Positions 1 to 13,500 of a stretch of 64,000 bases of DNA are shown one piece after another; positions within the stretch are counted from its first letter, which is position 1; each line of letters opens with the position of its first letter. The stretch covers positions 261,702,001-261,766,000 of the forward strand of contig OZ024740.1 of NCBI GenBank assembly GCA_964016885.1, read 5' to 3'. The position numbers and the translations under genes are program-made. A model generated the notes under the pieces. It searched no databases, had not been told where the DNA came from, and saw only the letters and a program-made list of their open reading frames with translations. The stretch is from Eledone cirrhosa. Its lineage: Eukaryota.

Positions 1-798
1 TCTCTGCAACCTGTCCCATCAATTTCAGGCAATAACGAATACATTAGCTAACTACGGGATGCTAGAGCCAGAAATGGAGGTAGCACAAGAAGTTTTTCAG
101 GAGACAAACTACGATATTCAAACATTGCGTAAGTTTGTGGATGAAAATGAACCTCGATTGGTGGATGACCAGAAATACGCCTACCACATAATGGAAAACA
201 TTCAAAGTGACATGGGTAGACTTTTCTTCATCGATGTTTCTGCTGACACAGGTAAGACATTCTGCGACCTGATACTGAAGCTTGGAGCATGGGCTATGCT
301 ACTTCATAATCTAGATCTTCCCAAACTTTGCCATGGCAAAAGGCTCATCACCAAAAATATGATGCCCAATGTCCTAGAATACTGGTGATAATTGTTTTAG
401 TCCCAGAATACCACTGAAGTCAAATGATTTACCATTTGAATTTCAATTTCCTATCAGACTCGGTTTGGTTATGACCATCAATAAATCTCGAGGGCAATCA
501 TTGAAAGTCTTTTGGTTGAACCTGGCAGATCCTGTCTTTTCACATGGTCAGCTCTATGTTGGTATTAAATGGGTTGGAAACCCTGATTGTCCTTTCATTG
601 TAGCATCACAGGGCAAAGCAAAGAATGTTGTTTATCCAGATGCTTTGAAATGAGCAATGTCGTAACGACTACTTCAATGACAAACACACAGATTGTAATT
701 CCTTTGTCATATAGTTTATAAGGAATTCTGAAGTCCCAACCTGACTTCATAGTGTTACTTTGGGAGAATATACAGGCAATACTGGGAAGCTCTGCTAG
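1..798 (+). mobile_element. Helitron 3' remnant: degraded PIF1-like helicase C-terminus plus 3' terminus
   Basis: ORF 465-653 has MTINKSRGQSL, PVFSHGQLYV and KNVVYPDAL (PIF1/RepHel motifs). ORF 59-388 has a degenerate Walker-A-like TGKT and LDLPKLCHGKRL. Decayed GC hairpin (caggcaatactggg) then CTAG at 795-798. Frameshifted with internal deletions. Confidence 0.8.
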
Positions 799-884
799 AT
801 AAAGTAGTATAAGTGTGATATCTGTGTAGTAGTTAGCAAGACATGTTACAAATAGCAGCCAAATTTCTTTCAAATCTCACCCTG

Positions 885-916
<32 letters not shown>

Positions 917-1109
917 CAATTTTTTTTTCTCCCTTACCTCCCCTTATATTTTTACCTCCTCTTAGCCCCCCCCCCATATATTCTTTTTGTTTTGCCCTTC
1001 ACATACCTATGTGTATGTGTATGTATTTTTGTGTGTATATATATGTGTGTATATATGTATATATGTACGTATATGTTTGTGTGTGTATATATATATATAT
1101 GTATATATG

Positions 1110-1163
<54 letters not shown>

Positions 1164-1236
1164 CGTGTCTGTATGTGTGTATATAATTGTATATTTGTGT
1201 GTGTATTTGTATGTATATGTGGATAAACCAGGCTTT

Positions 1237-1296
1237 TTTCATTCTGAAGATTGAAGGAAACTTTTTTTGCTTTTAAGAAACCTCTGGTGAATGGAT
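1237..1296 (+). ncRNA. Degenerate minimal type-I hammerhead (same family as 2778-2837)
   Basis: CTGAAGA 1244, stem II TTGAAG..CTTTTAA, GAAA 1277, CCTCTGG, then TG instead of TH (probably inactive). Confidence 0.55.
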
Positions 1297-1436
1297 TAAT
1301 TGCCTTGTATGGCTTTATTACTTTACTACTATATATACGTTTATGTAAGGTTCATTTGTCTTATTAATACTGAGCTTTACACATACACACATGTATATGT
1401 GTGTGTGTATGTGTATGCATGTGTGTATGTATGCGT

Positions 1437-1482
<46 letters not shown>

Positions 1483-1736
1483 ATGTATATATGTATATAT
1501 GTATATGTATGTATGTGTATATGTATGTGTATGTATGTATATGTGTGCGTGTGTATTTATTTATTTTTATGTATGTGTGGGTGTGTGTGTGTGTGTGTAT
1601 GTGTGTGTGTTTGTATTTGGTTGTGCGTTCTTTTGATATATACGTATTTGCATGTGTATAATTGTTTAGCTATGTATGTATATGTGTGTTTACGTATTTA
1701 TATGTGTGTGTGCGTTTATATATTTTTATATTCTTG

Positions 1737-1815
<79 letters not shown>

Positions 1816-2310
1816 ATATAATTACATATACACATGTGTGTTTATATTATATACGTGTACGTGTTTGTGTATGCATGTGTATGTACGTGTTTATGTATTT
1901 GTATATGTATATTTATGTGTGAGAGTGTGTGTATGTGTTTACTATTTCGTACGTATGTATATGTCCTTTTGTGTGTATTACTTACCACGCGTGTCTGTCC
2001 TGTTAGCTGGGGCATGTATCGCTGTCAAAAGTTTGTTAATATATATTTATATATTTTTTTCTTATATTTATTTGCGTGTGTGAATATGTAGTGGAGTGCA
2101 TTCATGTATGTGTATGTATGTACGTTGTATGTTTGTGTGAATGTATGTATGTGTGTATATATATGTGTGTGTGTATGTGTGTGTGTGTGTGTATATGTGT
2201 GTGTGTATATGTGTGTGTGTGTGTATGTATGAATGTATGTATGTGTATATGTGTGTATATATGTGTATGTGTGTGTAGGTGTACGCTCTTTATATATATA
2301 TATATATATA

Positions 2311-2469
2311 TACAATATTAAATAAATGGAAAACTATATTTATAAAACCATATCTATTTCATTATATATATTTCGGGGATATCATATTGTTAATATGATA
2401 TCCCCGAAATATATATAATGAAATAGATATGGTTTTATAAATATAGTTTTCCATTTATTTAATATTGTA
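2311..2469. repeat. Perfect fold-back palindrome centred on a hammerhead stem II
   Basis: Arms of about 78 bp around GGGGATATCATATT-gtt-AATATGATATCCCC, followed by GAAA TATATA TA. Confidence 0.9.
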
Positions 2470-2777
2470 AATATACTCCAAATATTTGTCGAGTGCTTTT
2501 ATATCAGTTATAAATATTTACTAGTTGTAACCCAACAATTTTAAATATAACTTTCCATATATATATATATATATATGTGTATATGTATATGTGTATGCGT
2601 ACATTTATGTATATGTATATATGTATGTGTGTGTAAGTATGCTTTTGTGTTTTTTTGTGTGTGTTTGCATGTGTAGTTTTATTTTATTTTTCCTTTCCTT
2701 TTCCCTTTTCCAGCCTCACTTTCATATAGATTGCATTTTTGTTTTTAGAATCCATATTCAATAAACAAACCAGGATT

Positions 2778-2837
2778 TTTCATTCTGAGGATTGAAAGCA
2801 AAACTTTTTGCTTTTAAGAAACCACTGGTAAATGGAA
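2778..2837 (+). ncRNA. Minimal type-I hammerhead ribozyme
   Basis: Stem I tttcatt/aatggaa; CTGAGGA 2785; stem II TTGAAAGCAAAA/TTTTGCTTTTAA; GAAA 2818; CCACTGG; TA cleavage site after 2830. Confidence 0.8.
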
Positions 2838-2940
2838 TAATTGCCTTATGTTGTTTATTACATAATAATAATAATTAAGCTCTGTTGCATACATAGAGCA
2901 CTCTTTTTTCCTGGACTTTTCCGATGGAATTACTTCATTT

Positions 2941-3023
<83 letters not shown>

Positions 3024-3157
3024 AAGCAAAAAGGAAAGGTTCTATGCGATATGTCGATCTACTAGAAATATGAGCAAAATCCCCTTTAAATCACAACCAA
3101 CTGTCTTACACACACACACATACATGTGTGTGTGTATGTATGTATGTATGTACGTAT

Positions 3158-3690
3158 GGCAATCCCACCAAGGTTTCTTGGTGAGGAGGGTGACTTTGGA
3201 CATCCTGCAGGACTAAAAACAAAACCTGTCAAAGGGTAAAGAAGCTCTTAAGAGTCAATGGCCATCCAAAATGACCGGGAGAGATGACCCCTTAGCTTTT
3301 GTCAAGGCAGAATTCTAGGAGAAGGAAAACTCTGATATAACACCTGCAACCCTGATGGTATCCAACGCTGTTGACTTGTTCTTCTTTTTGGTAAATATCA
3401 TCTTGGTTAAGAGAGTGGGACTGGCTTTGTGCAATGCCTTTGCTCACTATAAAAGCTTCACGGCACAGGCATTGCTTTATATCTGGAGATCTCTATGCAC
3501 TTGTCGTCACATGGTACCATGGGCCCAGCACTATGTGTCAATAATTGTCACAAGTGTAGTGTTTGTACCAGAGTTTTCAAGTCGCTGGCTGAACTGAAAA
3601 GCCACACTTGTTCAGCGCATCGGTAGGGGTTCTCCTACATGGATATAAAGTAGTGGCCGTACTCAAAAACGAGTTGGCAGCCACCATGTA
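3158..3690 (+). repeat. Interspersed repeat; partial second copy inverted at about 34408-34650
   Basis: 3430-3690 matches the reverse complement of 34408-34650. Contains ctaggagaaggaaaactctgat, reminiscent of RTE 5' UTRs. Confidence 0.55.
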
Positions 3691-3738
3691 TGCATGGCAA
3701 GGTGGCAAAGTGGCAAGGTTGTAAAAGATAAGAAATTA

Positions 3739-5560
3739 TCATCTCTTGAATCGCAAGAATGTTTTGCAAATTTTGAAGGTGCTAGCTATCGCAGCCAGTT
3801 CTAGTCTATGAATTAGGCAGCTGCGTTCTTTGTCCACAAATCCAAGTTCAATTATACTTTGGTCCAAGCGGTTTGGTATATAACGTGTAGCTCCAATAAT
3901 GATAAGAATGAAGCTGAAGGTGTATCTTGGATACTGGATCAGCAAACTCCTCAGCAATGGTCCGTAGATGTCCTCCTTCTCTTGTATTTTTCTTACAACG
4001 TTCACATTAAGTGGGCAGTTGATCTCTACAACAGAGCACGTTTTCAATGTGTGATCCCAAACAACATTATCAGGCCGGTTGTGTTTTAATTTGGTGGCAG
4101 TTTTTATTTTCAGGTTCCACCAGTATTCTTTAGTGCCATCTATCTCAACATATTCTGCCTCATTTGTTTTTAATCTTCTTTTCCTAAGTGCGTTCCTATC
4201 ACATCATGTCTCTTGGGGAGGTAGTAGCCAGACGACATTCTTTCGCAGTTGACAACAATGTGGCTAACATGTTCGACTTTTGTTTTACATAGCCTACATT
4301 TATTGTCGACTGATGGCCCTCCTTTTTTGTGTAGCAGATATTTGGTAGGGTTTTCTTGTTCCTTTATTTCTTAGAGATATCATTCAAGGCTGGATTTCGT
4401 AAACTTGTCGGAACTCCATGCGAGGTTCTTTGGATGATTTATCCCCTCTATGGTCTGCGTTTTTCGTCTCAGATACCCATGCACAACTTTCTCTGAAATT
4501 TGGTCTATTTTTTTTTATCCTGTTCGAACATTGAATAGGATCTTCCAATTTCCCTGGGAGAGAGATCTATATCAGATCTATACCAGCTTACTCAGGTGTT
4601 ATAATTTTGTTGGTGGCACAATGATCCTGCAAGAACATATTAAGGCACCCAGTATATAATTTATACATGATGTTCTGGCAGGCTATTGGGCAGTAGTTTT
4701 TAGTAAGGGTGGTCTGGCTATTTTATGGGATGAGGAAAGTAGTGGCAGTTGATAACCATTGGAGCGGAGCAGTTCTTGTGTGCCTTTGATGGTATCTCTA
4801 AACAGCCCTATGAGATCTTGCCGATAGAAGGTGAAATTCTTCAGCCAGGATCCTGTTATGAGGCCTGGGCCTGGTGATTTCCCATTCGACATTTTCTGCA
4901 GAGTTGTTTCCATGTCATATTGTTTTGTTATAACATGCTGGCAGTATCCCTGTCCCAGTTCGTTTAGCCATTTAGTTTGTTTGCTAAATCCGTCATTTCC
5001 CATACATATCTCCAATAGCTCTCAACTTGTTCTTTTGTAGGGGTGTCATTTACAGAGATTGAGCTTTTCCCAGTGAACCTGCGATAAACTGATTTAGGAT
5101 CTCTGGAAAATAATCTATTTAGCACTTGCCGTTTCTGTGATATTGACTTATATTTTAGTCTTTCTGTTGCAGCTTTGAGTTGTTTCAACTGGTGCAGTTT
5201 GGAGGTTAGAGTTTTAAATCCTGTATCTCCAAATCGCCTCTCTAGTTTTTTTCTTACGTCCTCCTGATGTCGTGTGAAGTTGCACTCTATGTTGCATTTT
5301 ATAATTACAGTGATATGTGCGATACTTCGTCTCAGGGACAAAATTTTGTTTTTTAAATTACGCATACTCGCTGGTTCAGGCTTTCTGTTTGTATCTTGGT
5401 TGCGTGGTTTTAGTTGTTTATGATAGGATAACAATGTGATAGCTGAAATATATAACAAAATATTAAGCAATTCATATGTTGTTTCGACATATGAATTCGT
5501 ATGACCTTCAGATAATTGCCAGCTATTTCGTTTACTGCTGCCAATTCCAATTTAATGGGT
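3739..5560 (-). mobile_element. R4/Dong-like RLE non-LTR retrotransposon, degraded, RT core deleted
   Basis: C-terminal CCHC/RHD and RPD..E..K restriction-like endonuclease remnants; KSPGPG and pre-RT region. 4650-4690 is nearly identical to 63950-64000 of the related copy. Confidence 0.75.
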
Positions 5561-5589
5561 TGTTTACTGATTCTGGTGTTGTATGTTAC

Positions 5590-6158
5590 TCACATTAAGG
5601 CTGTGTATCTCTTGAACTATGTATGTATGTATGTATGTATGTATGTATGTATGTATGTATGTATGTATGTATGTATGTATGTATGTATGTATGTATGTAT
5701 GTATGTGCGTCATGGGAGTCACTATAACAGTTAGTATACCCATTAGAAAACAAATCTCCCTCAAAGATGACCCTACCGCGATAGAGACAAAGGTGGATGA
5801 AAGCTACAGTGTAAAAATCTAAATACACTTCCCTAAATTACAGAAATGAATAAGTAAATGTTTCATAATAGTTCATTTATAAACCAATGCTAACTTTATA
5901 TTTTATATTTTATTTATGGTTTTCAGGTGTTGTTTTGAATTTCAGAGGCTTTGATTGTGCATCAACACTGGACAAAACAAATAATAATTTCATCTAGATA
6001 CTTTTCTATGAACAAGCGACAATAAATCTTCTGCTATAATTCCTACATTAGTTAAAATACAGAAATCGTATTTCATTGGTAAAATAGTTTGTAATATGTG
6101 CCAAAATACATCGTTACTTTCATAAATTGCCCTGGCATTGCCGGGTACCTCTAATAGT
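5590..6158 (+). mobile_element. Possible non-autonomous Helitron
   Basis: (TATG)n near the 5' end; 3' hairpin ccctggcattgccggg at 6130 followed about 10 nt later by ATAG/T (decayed CTAG). Confidence 0.4.
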
Positions 6159-6629
6159 ATATATTAATAAGATTCGGGACTCGACGGCTGAGCTCTTGCC
6201 GTTTCAACAGCTAATTCCTGAGTCTGGGCCCCGACTCTTTCTAGTATAATCACACTCTACTATCCCAAGTATCGAGTGCTCTGGTGAATAATGGTCTTAC
6301 TTTTCTAAAACTGACAAAGCATACAAGATGAACAAATTTCACGCCACTAAATTACCATTTAATAAAAGGGTTTTTATACAACAACAAATAGATGACCAAA
6401 CAGAGGCCCAGTTTATCATAGCTAGAAATAAACTTAGACAGGTAGTATATTTATATCTGTATTTTTAACCGTTGGTCAATCAATGATAGACATTGATTTC
6501 CAGATAAATTAAGTATGGAGATATAAAAGATACAGAAGCAAAAACCAATCCAAACCAAACAGTGAGTGTTTTATTATTATTTCTGGCAATATTATAACAA
6601 TGTGATCCTCCCCAAATATAACAACACAA

Positions 6630-6683
<54 letters not shown>

Positions 6684-6733
6684 CTTTCTCCGATATCGTA
6701 TTTATTTATATATATAAGTATATATATATATAT

Positions 6734-7302
6734 GAATCCATACGTTCATATATATATGTGTGCATGTATACATACTACTGTACGTCTGTATACATATAAG
6801 TATGTACGTGTACATACTTATATTTAAGTAACAGCTGTACTAAGAGTGGGAAATGAAATTTCGTTTCATTTTCTTCCGTTTATCGTTTTCGGTGCACCCG
6901 GCCGATTAACCCACTCGATATGCACATTGGGCTACTGAGCCGTTAATATGCATAAGGTAAGTATATACGTTCAACAATCTGGCAGGAAGGTATACGTTGC
7001 TGACGATAGCTAATAAGCGTGAAACTAGTACAGCGTTCCTTTGTCAGTGTTGAACAAACGGGCAACGATGGTTGCTCGACACTACGGCTTAATACGGGAT
7101 GTTTGTTTACAAACACACCGAGCATTATAATAAATGTTCGGTGAATCCATACGTACATATATATATGTGTGTATGTATATATATATATACATACTACTGT
7201 ACGTCTGTATACATATATGTATGCACGTGTACATACTTATATTTAAGTAACAGCCGTACTAAGAGTGGGAAATGAAATTTCGTTTCATTTTTTTCCGTTT
7301 AT
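6734..7302 (+). repeat. Partial tandem (about 409-bp unit, 1.4 copies) containing a hammerhead; retrozyme-like
   Basis: About 150 bp direct repeat at 6734-6883 and 7143-7302, flanked by (TA)n. Confidence 0.75.
6994..7036 (+). ncRNA. Minimal type-I hammerhead ribozyme
   Basis: Stem I acgttg/cagcgt; CTGACGA 7000; short stem II; GAAA 7021; palindromic CTAG; TA. Confidence 0.8.
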
Positions 7303-7310
7303 ATATAACC

Positions 7311-7345
<35 letters not shown>

Positions 7346-7563
7346 CCTAAATATATATATATATATATATATTTAGGTTAGTTTGTACACCACTGGATAG
7401 AACTGGACATTCCGTATGGTCAATCTCGATGTAATATTATGGAGAGTACTCAACGTAATGCAACTCACCCGTCTTCTTTTGTGTAGTTGGTGGTGCAAGT
7501 ACGGAGTTAATTATTATAAAATAACAGGGGGCTGGATTGGTGTAAATCCTTGAAAGGTTTATT

Positions 7564-7621
7564 ATACTATGATCATTTCAATGACCGGGTTCAGTATGAA
7601 TCCGGTGATATCATCAGGTAT
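7564..7621 (-). ncRNA. Minimal type-I hammerhead ribozyme
   Basis: Minus strand: atac CTGATGA TATCACCGGATTCA-tac-TGAACCCGGTCATT GAAA TGATCA TA gtat. Confidence 0.8.
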
Positions 7622-9206
7622 TCGAAATATAACAAAGGAATATAACAGATAAAATCCATGGGGCTGAAAATCAGAGACAAGAGGACGACCGACTATTTAG
7701 CAGCTTCTACCCCAGTCGGTCGCCCTCGAGTGTTGATTATTAAGTCTACTTATGACCATTTGGTGAGGAGCCGTAAGCTTATAATGTACTACTACCTCGC
7801 CATCAAAGAGAAACGGTCATGCCACAATCAGGCTGACCGTGCGTGCTAGAAAATTGCCGCAAAAAATGTTTTTTCCAAAGCACATCTATCTTTAACAAAG
7901 GCATATATAGTGGGCGTCTGTATAGTATAATGTGAGATCAGAAAATTCGGTTAGCAATTAGGAATGTTAAACTTATGTTTAGCGTTATAGGATGGAGTTA
8001 GAAAAATAAGAGAATTAAGGTTTAAGGTTTGGGTTGTGAGATTTAGTTAAAGAATTTACAGAAAGAGTCTTTTATGAAAAGGTTTAAGTGTATTATAGAT
8101 ATTCTCAATAAGTTTTCAGGGTAGGATATAGAGTAAGATTAAGCACTTGTCATATATATATATATATAAGGAATTTATTCCTTTGTTCAAATTTTGAATT
8201 TTGACCGCCAAAACCGGGGTTACCTCCCTTCGGGAAAACCACGTGACTTCTAGCGGTGTTTACTGCTAAAATTCACAACCGGAGCGGATGAGAACAACAA
8301 CTTGTTGATGAAGTAAATCCATTGTTCTATCTTCCAAAACCAATAACTTGCAGGCCCCTGCAAGTGGACTTTGTTGATTTTGGATTTACAGAAAGATACG
8401 GGAAGATATTATATAATATCGACGCGATGGTCTAGGTTTGTCATATTTTCCTGAGTCAGTTTTTTCGTTGCTTTGGTCACTGCGGCTGGCTTATCTGTCG
8501 CTGTCTTCAATTTGCAAAGCTGACTAAACGTAATGTTATAACTCTAAGGTAAAATACCTTATTGAGTGCTTAGCTGCACATTCCGATTACATTCGTTAGC
8601 TTAGCTGCAACCAGAGCTTCGATTATGCTGTACTTCCATTTATATATCACGGAACCATGGTTCAATTAAAAGGTGGTTCTCTAAAAAGGGAAATCATATC
8701 AGACCTCAGTCCACCATTTGCCTCCATCACGGAACCATGGTTCAACCAAGCCCTCTTGCTATATTAATATATTTTGATCCGCTTAACTTCAATGACTGTG
8801 CTTGTAAATAACATTATTTTTCCTTCCACATTGACTTTTTACGTTCCACATTATGCACGTTTTTTTTTCCTTTTTCTTTTTTCTTTTCACTTCTTAAACC
8901 TTGTTTGTAAATAACATTATTTTTTCTGCACCTTCTGTTTAACACGTGCGACACCACACTAATACATTTCACTATCATTTGATAATGCATATAAATGCTG
9001 AAACCGGTATAGACAATAATTAAATATATAAATAGATAAATAAATCCCATTGTTAAATAATAAATAAATCAACTAATACCTTAACACTTCACACAAAGTA
9101 AAACATTCCGTTTTAATCATTTTCTAACCCAGAAAAAAGAGAGAGAGAGAAACAAAAAAGGAAAAAAATACATTTTTCTTCCCCATAATCGTCTCTTTCT
9201 CCCTGT

Positions 9207-9279
<73 letters not shown>

Positions 9280-9463
9280 TGTATGTGTGTGTGTTTGTTT
9301 GTGTATGATTATGGAACGAAGCTTAACGAATATAATGGACACAGCTTATATATAATACCAAGAGTCGTAGATTGGCTTCATGCCCTTTGTGGTGCGTTGT
9401 GTTCTTGATGAAAATATATTTTACTGTTGTTTTTCTGCCAGGAGTTGTAACCGTCTGACCGTA

Positions 9464-9553
9464 TCAGCAATAGCAAGACCAATGGAAATATTTATTCTTC
9501 GGTTCAATCTGCCTATCGCCTCCATTTTTTCTCTCAGTCTGACTAGAAAGTTT
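9464..9553 (-). CDS. Candidate terminal exon (KLSSQTERKNGGDRQIEPKNKYFHWSCYC*)
   Basis: Pyrimidine tract plus TAG acceptor at 9554-9555; phase 0 matches the donor at 10424; ends in CxC-stop. Confidence 0.3.
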   Translation of the reverse strand, partial: KLSSQTERKNGGDRQIEPKNKYFHWSCYC

Positions 9554-10133
9554 CTATAGTTTATTACAAGAAAGAGGCGGTGAATTGGCAGAATCGTTAG
9601 AATTGGCAGATTCCGATAGAACACTTTGTGTTATTCGTTTCTGTGTTCTGCTCTCTGAGTTCAAACCCGACTCAGAAAAACTTTGTCTTTCATACATTCA
9701 ACCTCGGCAAAAAAGTACCTGTCAAGTATTGGGTCAATTTTCCCTCTGTATCTCTTTCTCACTTCCTTTGTCTCACTTTCTATCATTCTCTGGAAGAAAT
9801 CTGCTGAATTCAAACATGGTGAGGAGATTGACTCCACCAGGTTTTAAAAACTGTATTAGAAACGCCGCATTTCAATACGACGCCTATACGATACCCCAGG
9901 AGTTACGGGATCTAAGTAAGACATTAGGAGAAAATGCAAAATTAATTCCGTAAAAAAATGCATATAAATAACAATGGAGGCTTCTTAGTTTCAAATCGAA
10001 ATTTGAAACCCAGTGTGCAGACTTAATTCACTGCTTCACATTCTATCAGCAGAAATGCGTGCGTGAAAATCTCACCAGGCGTCACCACATAAATAAATAA
10101 ATACATACATAAACAAACAAATAAATGATCATA

Positions 10134-10172
<39 letters not shown>

Positions 10173-10424
10173 TTGGCAGTGGTGGTGGATGACGAGGATG
10201 ATGAGAGAGAAACAAAACACGCTTGTATTCTTTAAGATATAGAAAAGGTGAAATTGTTGTAAAAGCTTTTATTGGAAAATTTACGAAACTCTCCGCAATT
10301 TTCCTTGCAATTCTAACATCATGGCCGTTATGTTATTCCATTCGGATAATTGATAACAGTTTTCCCTTTGTGATGTCTAAACACAAATTCACTAGTGTGT
10401 ATATGACCTCCGAGACTTGCTTAC

Positions 10425-10631
10425 CTCCCGCATTGTACGTTCGATATTATACAGTGTTAGGCCGCCGGCAGCTACAAACTGGCCGCCGGGGTTGGTCCTT
10501 TTATCAGCGTCCTTGGAAGTCGCAGCTTCAAACAGATATGGCTCTGTCTCCTGCCACTCTTCTAACGAATCATTTCTCCTCGGCTTGCGTGCAAAGCCCC
10601 CAGGCCATATTGACGTTATTGTGGCTGACAT
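10425..10631 (-). CDS. Candidate coding exon (MSATITSIWPGG...YNIERTMRE), unknown product
   Basis: Non-repetitive, more GC-rich open frame ending at a consensus donor GAG|GTAAGC; first in-frame ATG at 10631. Confidence 0.35.
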
Positions 10632-10729
10632 TGTTGTTATTGTTGCCAATGTTGTTGTTGCTGTTATTATTGCTGCCGTTGTTGTTGTTGCTGTTCTTAT
10701 TTTCGCTGTTATTATTGTTGCCAATATGG

Positions 10730-10761
<32 letters not shown>

Positions 10762-10891
10762 ATTGTTGTTGTGATTGTTCTTATTGTCGTCGTTGTTGTT
10801 ATGTTGTTATTGCATTAATAATAGTAGTAGTAGTAGAAGTAGTAGTAGTAGTAGTAGAAGTAGTAGTAGTAGTAATAGTAGTAGTAGTGGT

Positions 10892-10930
<39 letters not shown>

Positions 10931-11433
10931 ATGTTAGTAGTAGTAATGTTAGTGCTTGGTTGTTTCTCATATTAATGAGGATGATAATGATGATGATGTT
11001 GGTGGTGGTGGTGGTAATGATGATGATGATATTGATGTTGATGCTATTGATGTTAACGTTTGCCAACGCCGCTGCTGCTACCATCGGAAATGATGGTGCT
11101 GGTGAAGGCGATAATGCTGGTAGTGGTGGTAGTGGTGGTGGTGGTGGTGGTGACGATAGTGGTGTCTGTGATGGTATTGGTGATGATGGCGGTGTATATA
11201 ACTGTCACCTTCAATACTTTAGTAGCATCGGTAATAGCCGTCGTAGAAGTAGTATTATTAGAAGTAGTAGTAGTTGTAGTGGTGGTGGAGGTAGTAATGG
11301 TGGTAGTAGTAGTGCTGGTAGTAGTTGTGGTGGTAGTAATGGTAGTAGTCGTGGTGGTTGTGGTGAAAGCCGGTGAGGGGAGGTAAGGCTTTTCTTGTCG
11401 ACTGCTGACACCATCTTTGTCTTTGTCTCGTTT

Positions 11434-11470
<37 letters not shown>

Positions 11471-11530
11471 CACAGTAGTTGTAGCAGTAGTAGTAGTAGT
11501 AGTAGTAGTAGTAGTCACAGTAGTTGTAGC

Positions 11531-11563
<33 letters not shown>

Positions 11564-11640
11564 CACAGTAGTTGTAGCAGCAATATCAGCACTAATGGTG
11601 GTGGCCGTGGTGGTGATATTAGTTGGTGATATAAGTAAGA
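10632..11640. repeat. Mixed trinucleotide low-complexity tract (GTT/TAG/GAT/GGT)
   Basis: Direct inspection. Confidence 0.9.
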
Positions 11641-11694
11641 CGACGAAAAACAAAACAAGACACTGGTTACAAACAACAATGCCAGAAACTCCGA

Positions 11695-11797
<103 letters not shown>

Positions 11798-12149
11798 CTG
11801 TCTCTATAACTATATATAGTATTAAAGGCGTGATGAGTTTGTGTGTTTGAAAGGGTGCGTTCGTGCGTGTGTGTGTTTGCTGACACGTGTGTGAGTGTAT
11901 GTGTGTGCAGGTAATGTGTGGCTGTCTGTTTGTATATATGTGTTTCCATGCTCCTAAAAATGGGTCTGTGTGTACGTGTGTGCTTCTAAGTCTCTGTGTC
12001 TGTATTTCTGTGTGTGATGGCATTTTCGTGTCTCCGCATCACAAGAACATGCACGAGCACTTGTGCGCGCACACTAGCATACACACACACGTAGACACAA
12101 ATACACACAAATCTACACATTCACACATACACTCATATACGCATATAAA

Positions 12150-12189
<40 letters not shown>

Positions 12190-12337
12190 TATATATATTA
12201 GGTATAGGATTATCCTAGATGTAGTAATGGTTAATTACTACACTGGATATGGTTGACGTACGGTGAGAGGTTACTCTACGAGTTATGGAAGAACTGTTGA
12301 AGAAACTTAGTTCCTGATCCTTCTGTATTCCGGAGTG

Positions 12338-12573
12338 TATATAAAGAATGAATAATAACAGGTAGACATCATAAAAAGGTAATTTATTCCGTGTGCTTAC
12401 AAATGTTTCCACGGTGGTACTACAGCCTAGTTATGCTATGTGCAAATTTACAACTATTTGCAAAACTCAAATATCCAATGCTGTGACCACTGTATCCTCA
12501 GACCACCGTGGAAACATTTGTAAGCACACGGAATAAATTACCTTTTTATGATGTCTACCTGTTATTATTCATT

Positions 12574-12582
<9 letters not shown>
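12338..12582. repeat. Inverted repeat whose inner ends form a hammerhead stem II
   Basis: Arms end in CACGGTGGT/ACCACCGTG, followed by GAAA (12511) CATTTG TA. Confidence 0.8.
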
Positions 12583-12614
<32 letters not shown>

Positions 12615-12757
12615 TTTTGAGTATATGTTGGTTGTTTACCGACACATCAATATGCAGATTGGAGCACTCAACGAGGTTGGTTTGGTTACTCCGGAGTAAT
12701 GTAAAATAAAGTAATTAAGTCCAATATTTAACATTTGGCTTCGTTTATTAAAGATGT

Positions 12758-12812
12758 ACTGCTATATATATTTCAGTGACAGCCATCATTGGTTGTGACC
12801 TCTTCAGGCAGT
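12758..12812 (-). ncRNA. Minimal type-I hammerhead ribozyme
   Basis: Minus strand: actgc CTGAAGA GGTCACAACCA-atga-TGGCTGTCACT GAAA TATATA TA gcagt. Confidence 0.85.
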
Positions 12813-12981
12813 CCGAATTGGTGTGGTAGAGACAGGTACACATGTTGTTAAAGTGTTTTACTCCGTCAATACTCCGATATGTCCAGCTCCTTGTTGGGTT
12901 GTTATTTCTCCGGGGAACTGAAGAGGTCACAGCAGTACATCTTTAATAAACGAAGCCAAATTTTAAATATTTGATTTAATA

Positions 12982-13037
<56 letters not shown>

Positions 13038-13106
13038 CACAGAAGTGAACCTAAACATCGAGTGCTCTCCCGGATGAACCTGCAGTAACTCCTAGTTACA
13101 CCCCCT

Positions 13107-13166
<60 letters not shown>

Positions 13167-13333
13167 ATATAAATCAGGATAGAACCAGTTTGAAACTAGA
13201 TACACAGTTTTTGAACACAGTACTCAATACTTGAGGTAGTAGAGTATGGCTATATTATAAAGAGTCGAGACCGGACTGGTGAGCTCTTGCCTAGCCGATG
13301 AAACGTCAAGAGCTCAACCGTCGGGTCCTGATA

Positions 13334-13374
<41 letters not shown>

Positions 13375-13377
<3 letters not shown>

Positions 13378-13500
13378 CAAGTATGACCCCGACGGCAGAG
13401 CTCAAGCCGTTTCGACGGCTAATTCTGGACATGTGTTTTACTCCGTCCAGAATTAGCCGTCGAAACGGCTTGAGCTCTGCCGTGGGGGTCATAATTGTTC
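13375..13500. repeat. Fold-back palindrome centred on hammerhead-like stem II (family also at 23.8-24.15 kb, 29.6-30.0 kb, 52.75 kb, 6.2 kb)
   Basis: GACGGCTAATTCTGGAC/GTCCAGAATTAGCCGTC, then GAAA (13462) CGGC TT. Confidence 0.8.

Noticed and set aside
952-2321. Many overlapping ORFs rich in YI/CV/HT (also at 11.4-12.2, 18.4-18.9, 33.0-34.9, 51.2-51.7 and 54.3 kb)
   Set aside because: They are translations of (TA)n/(TG)n microsatellites.
10223-11629. Poly-L/V/S/G ORFs on the plus strand
   Set aside because: Trinucleotide low-complexity sequence open in several frames, with no consistent long frame.
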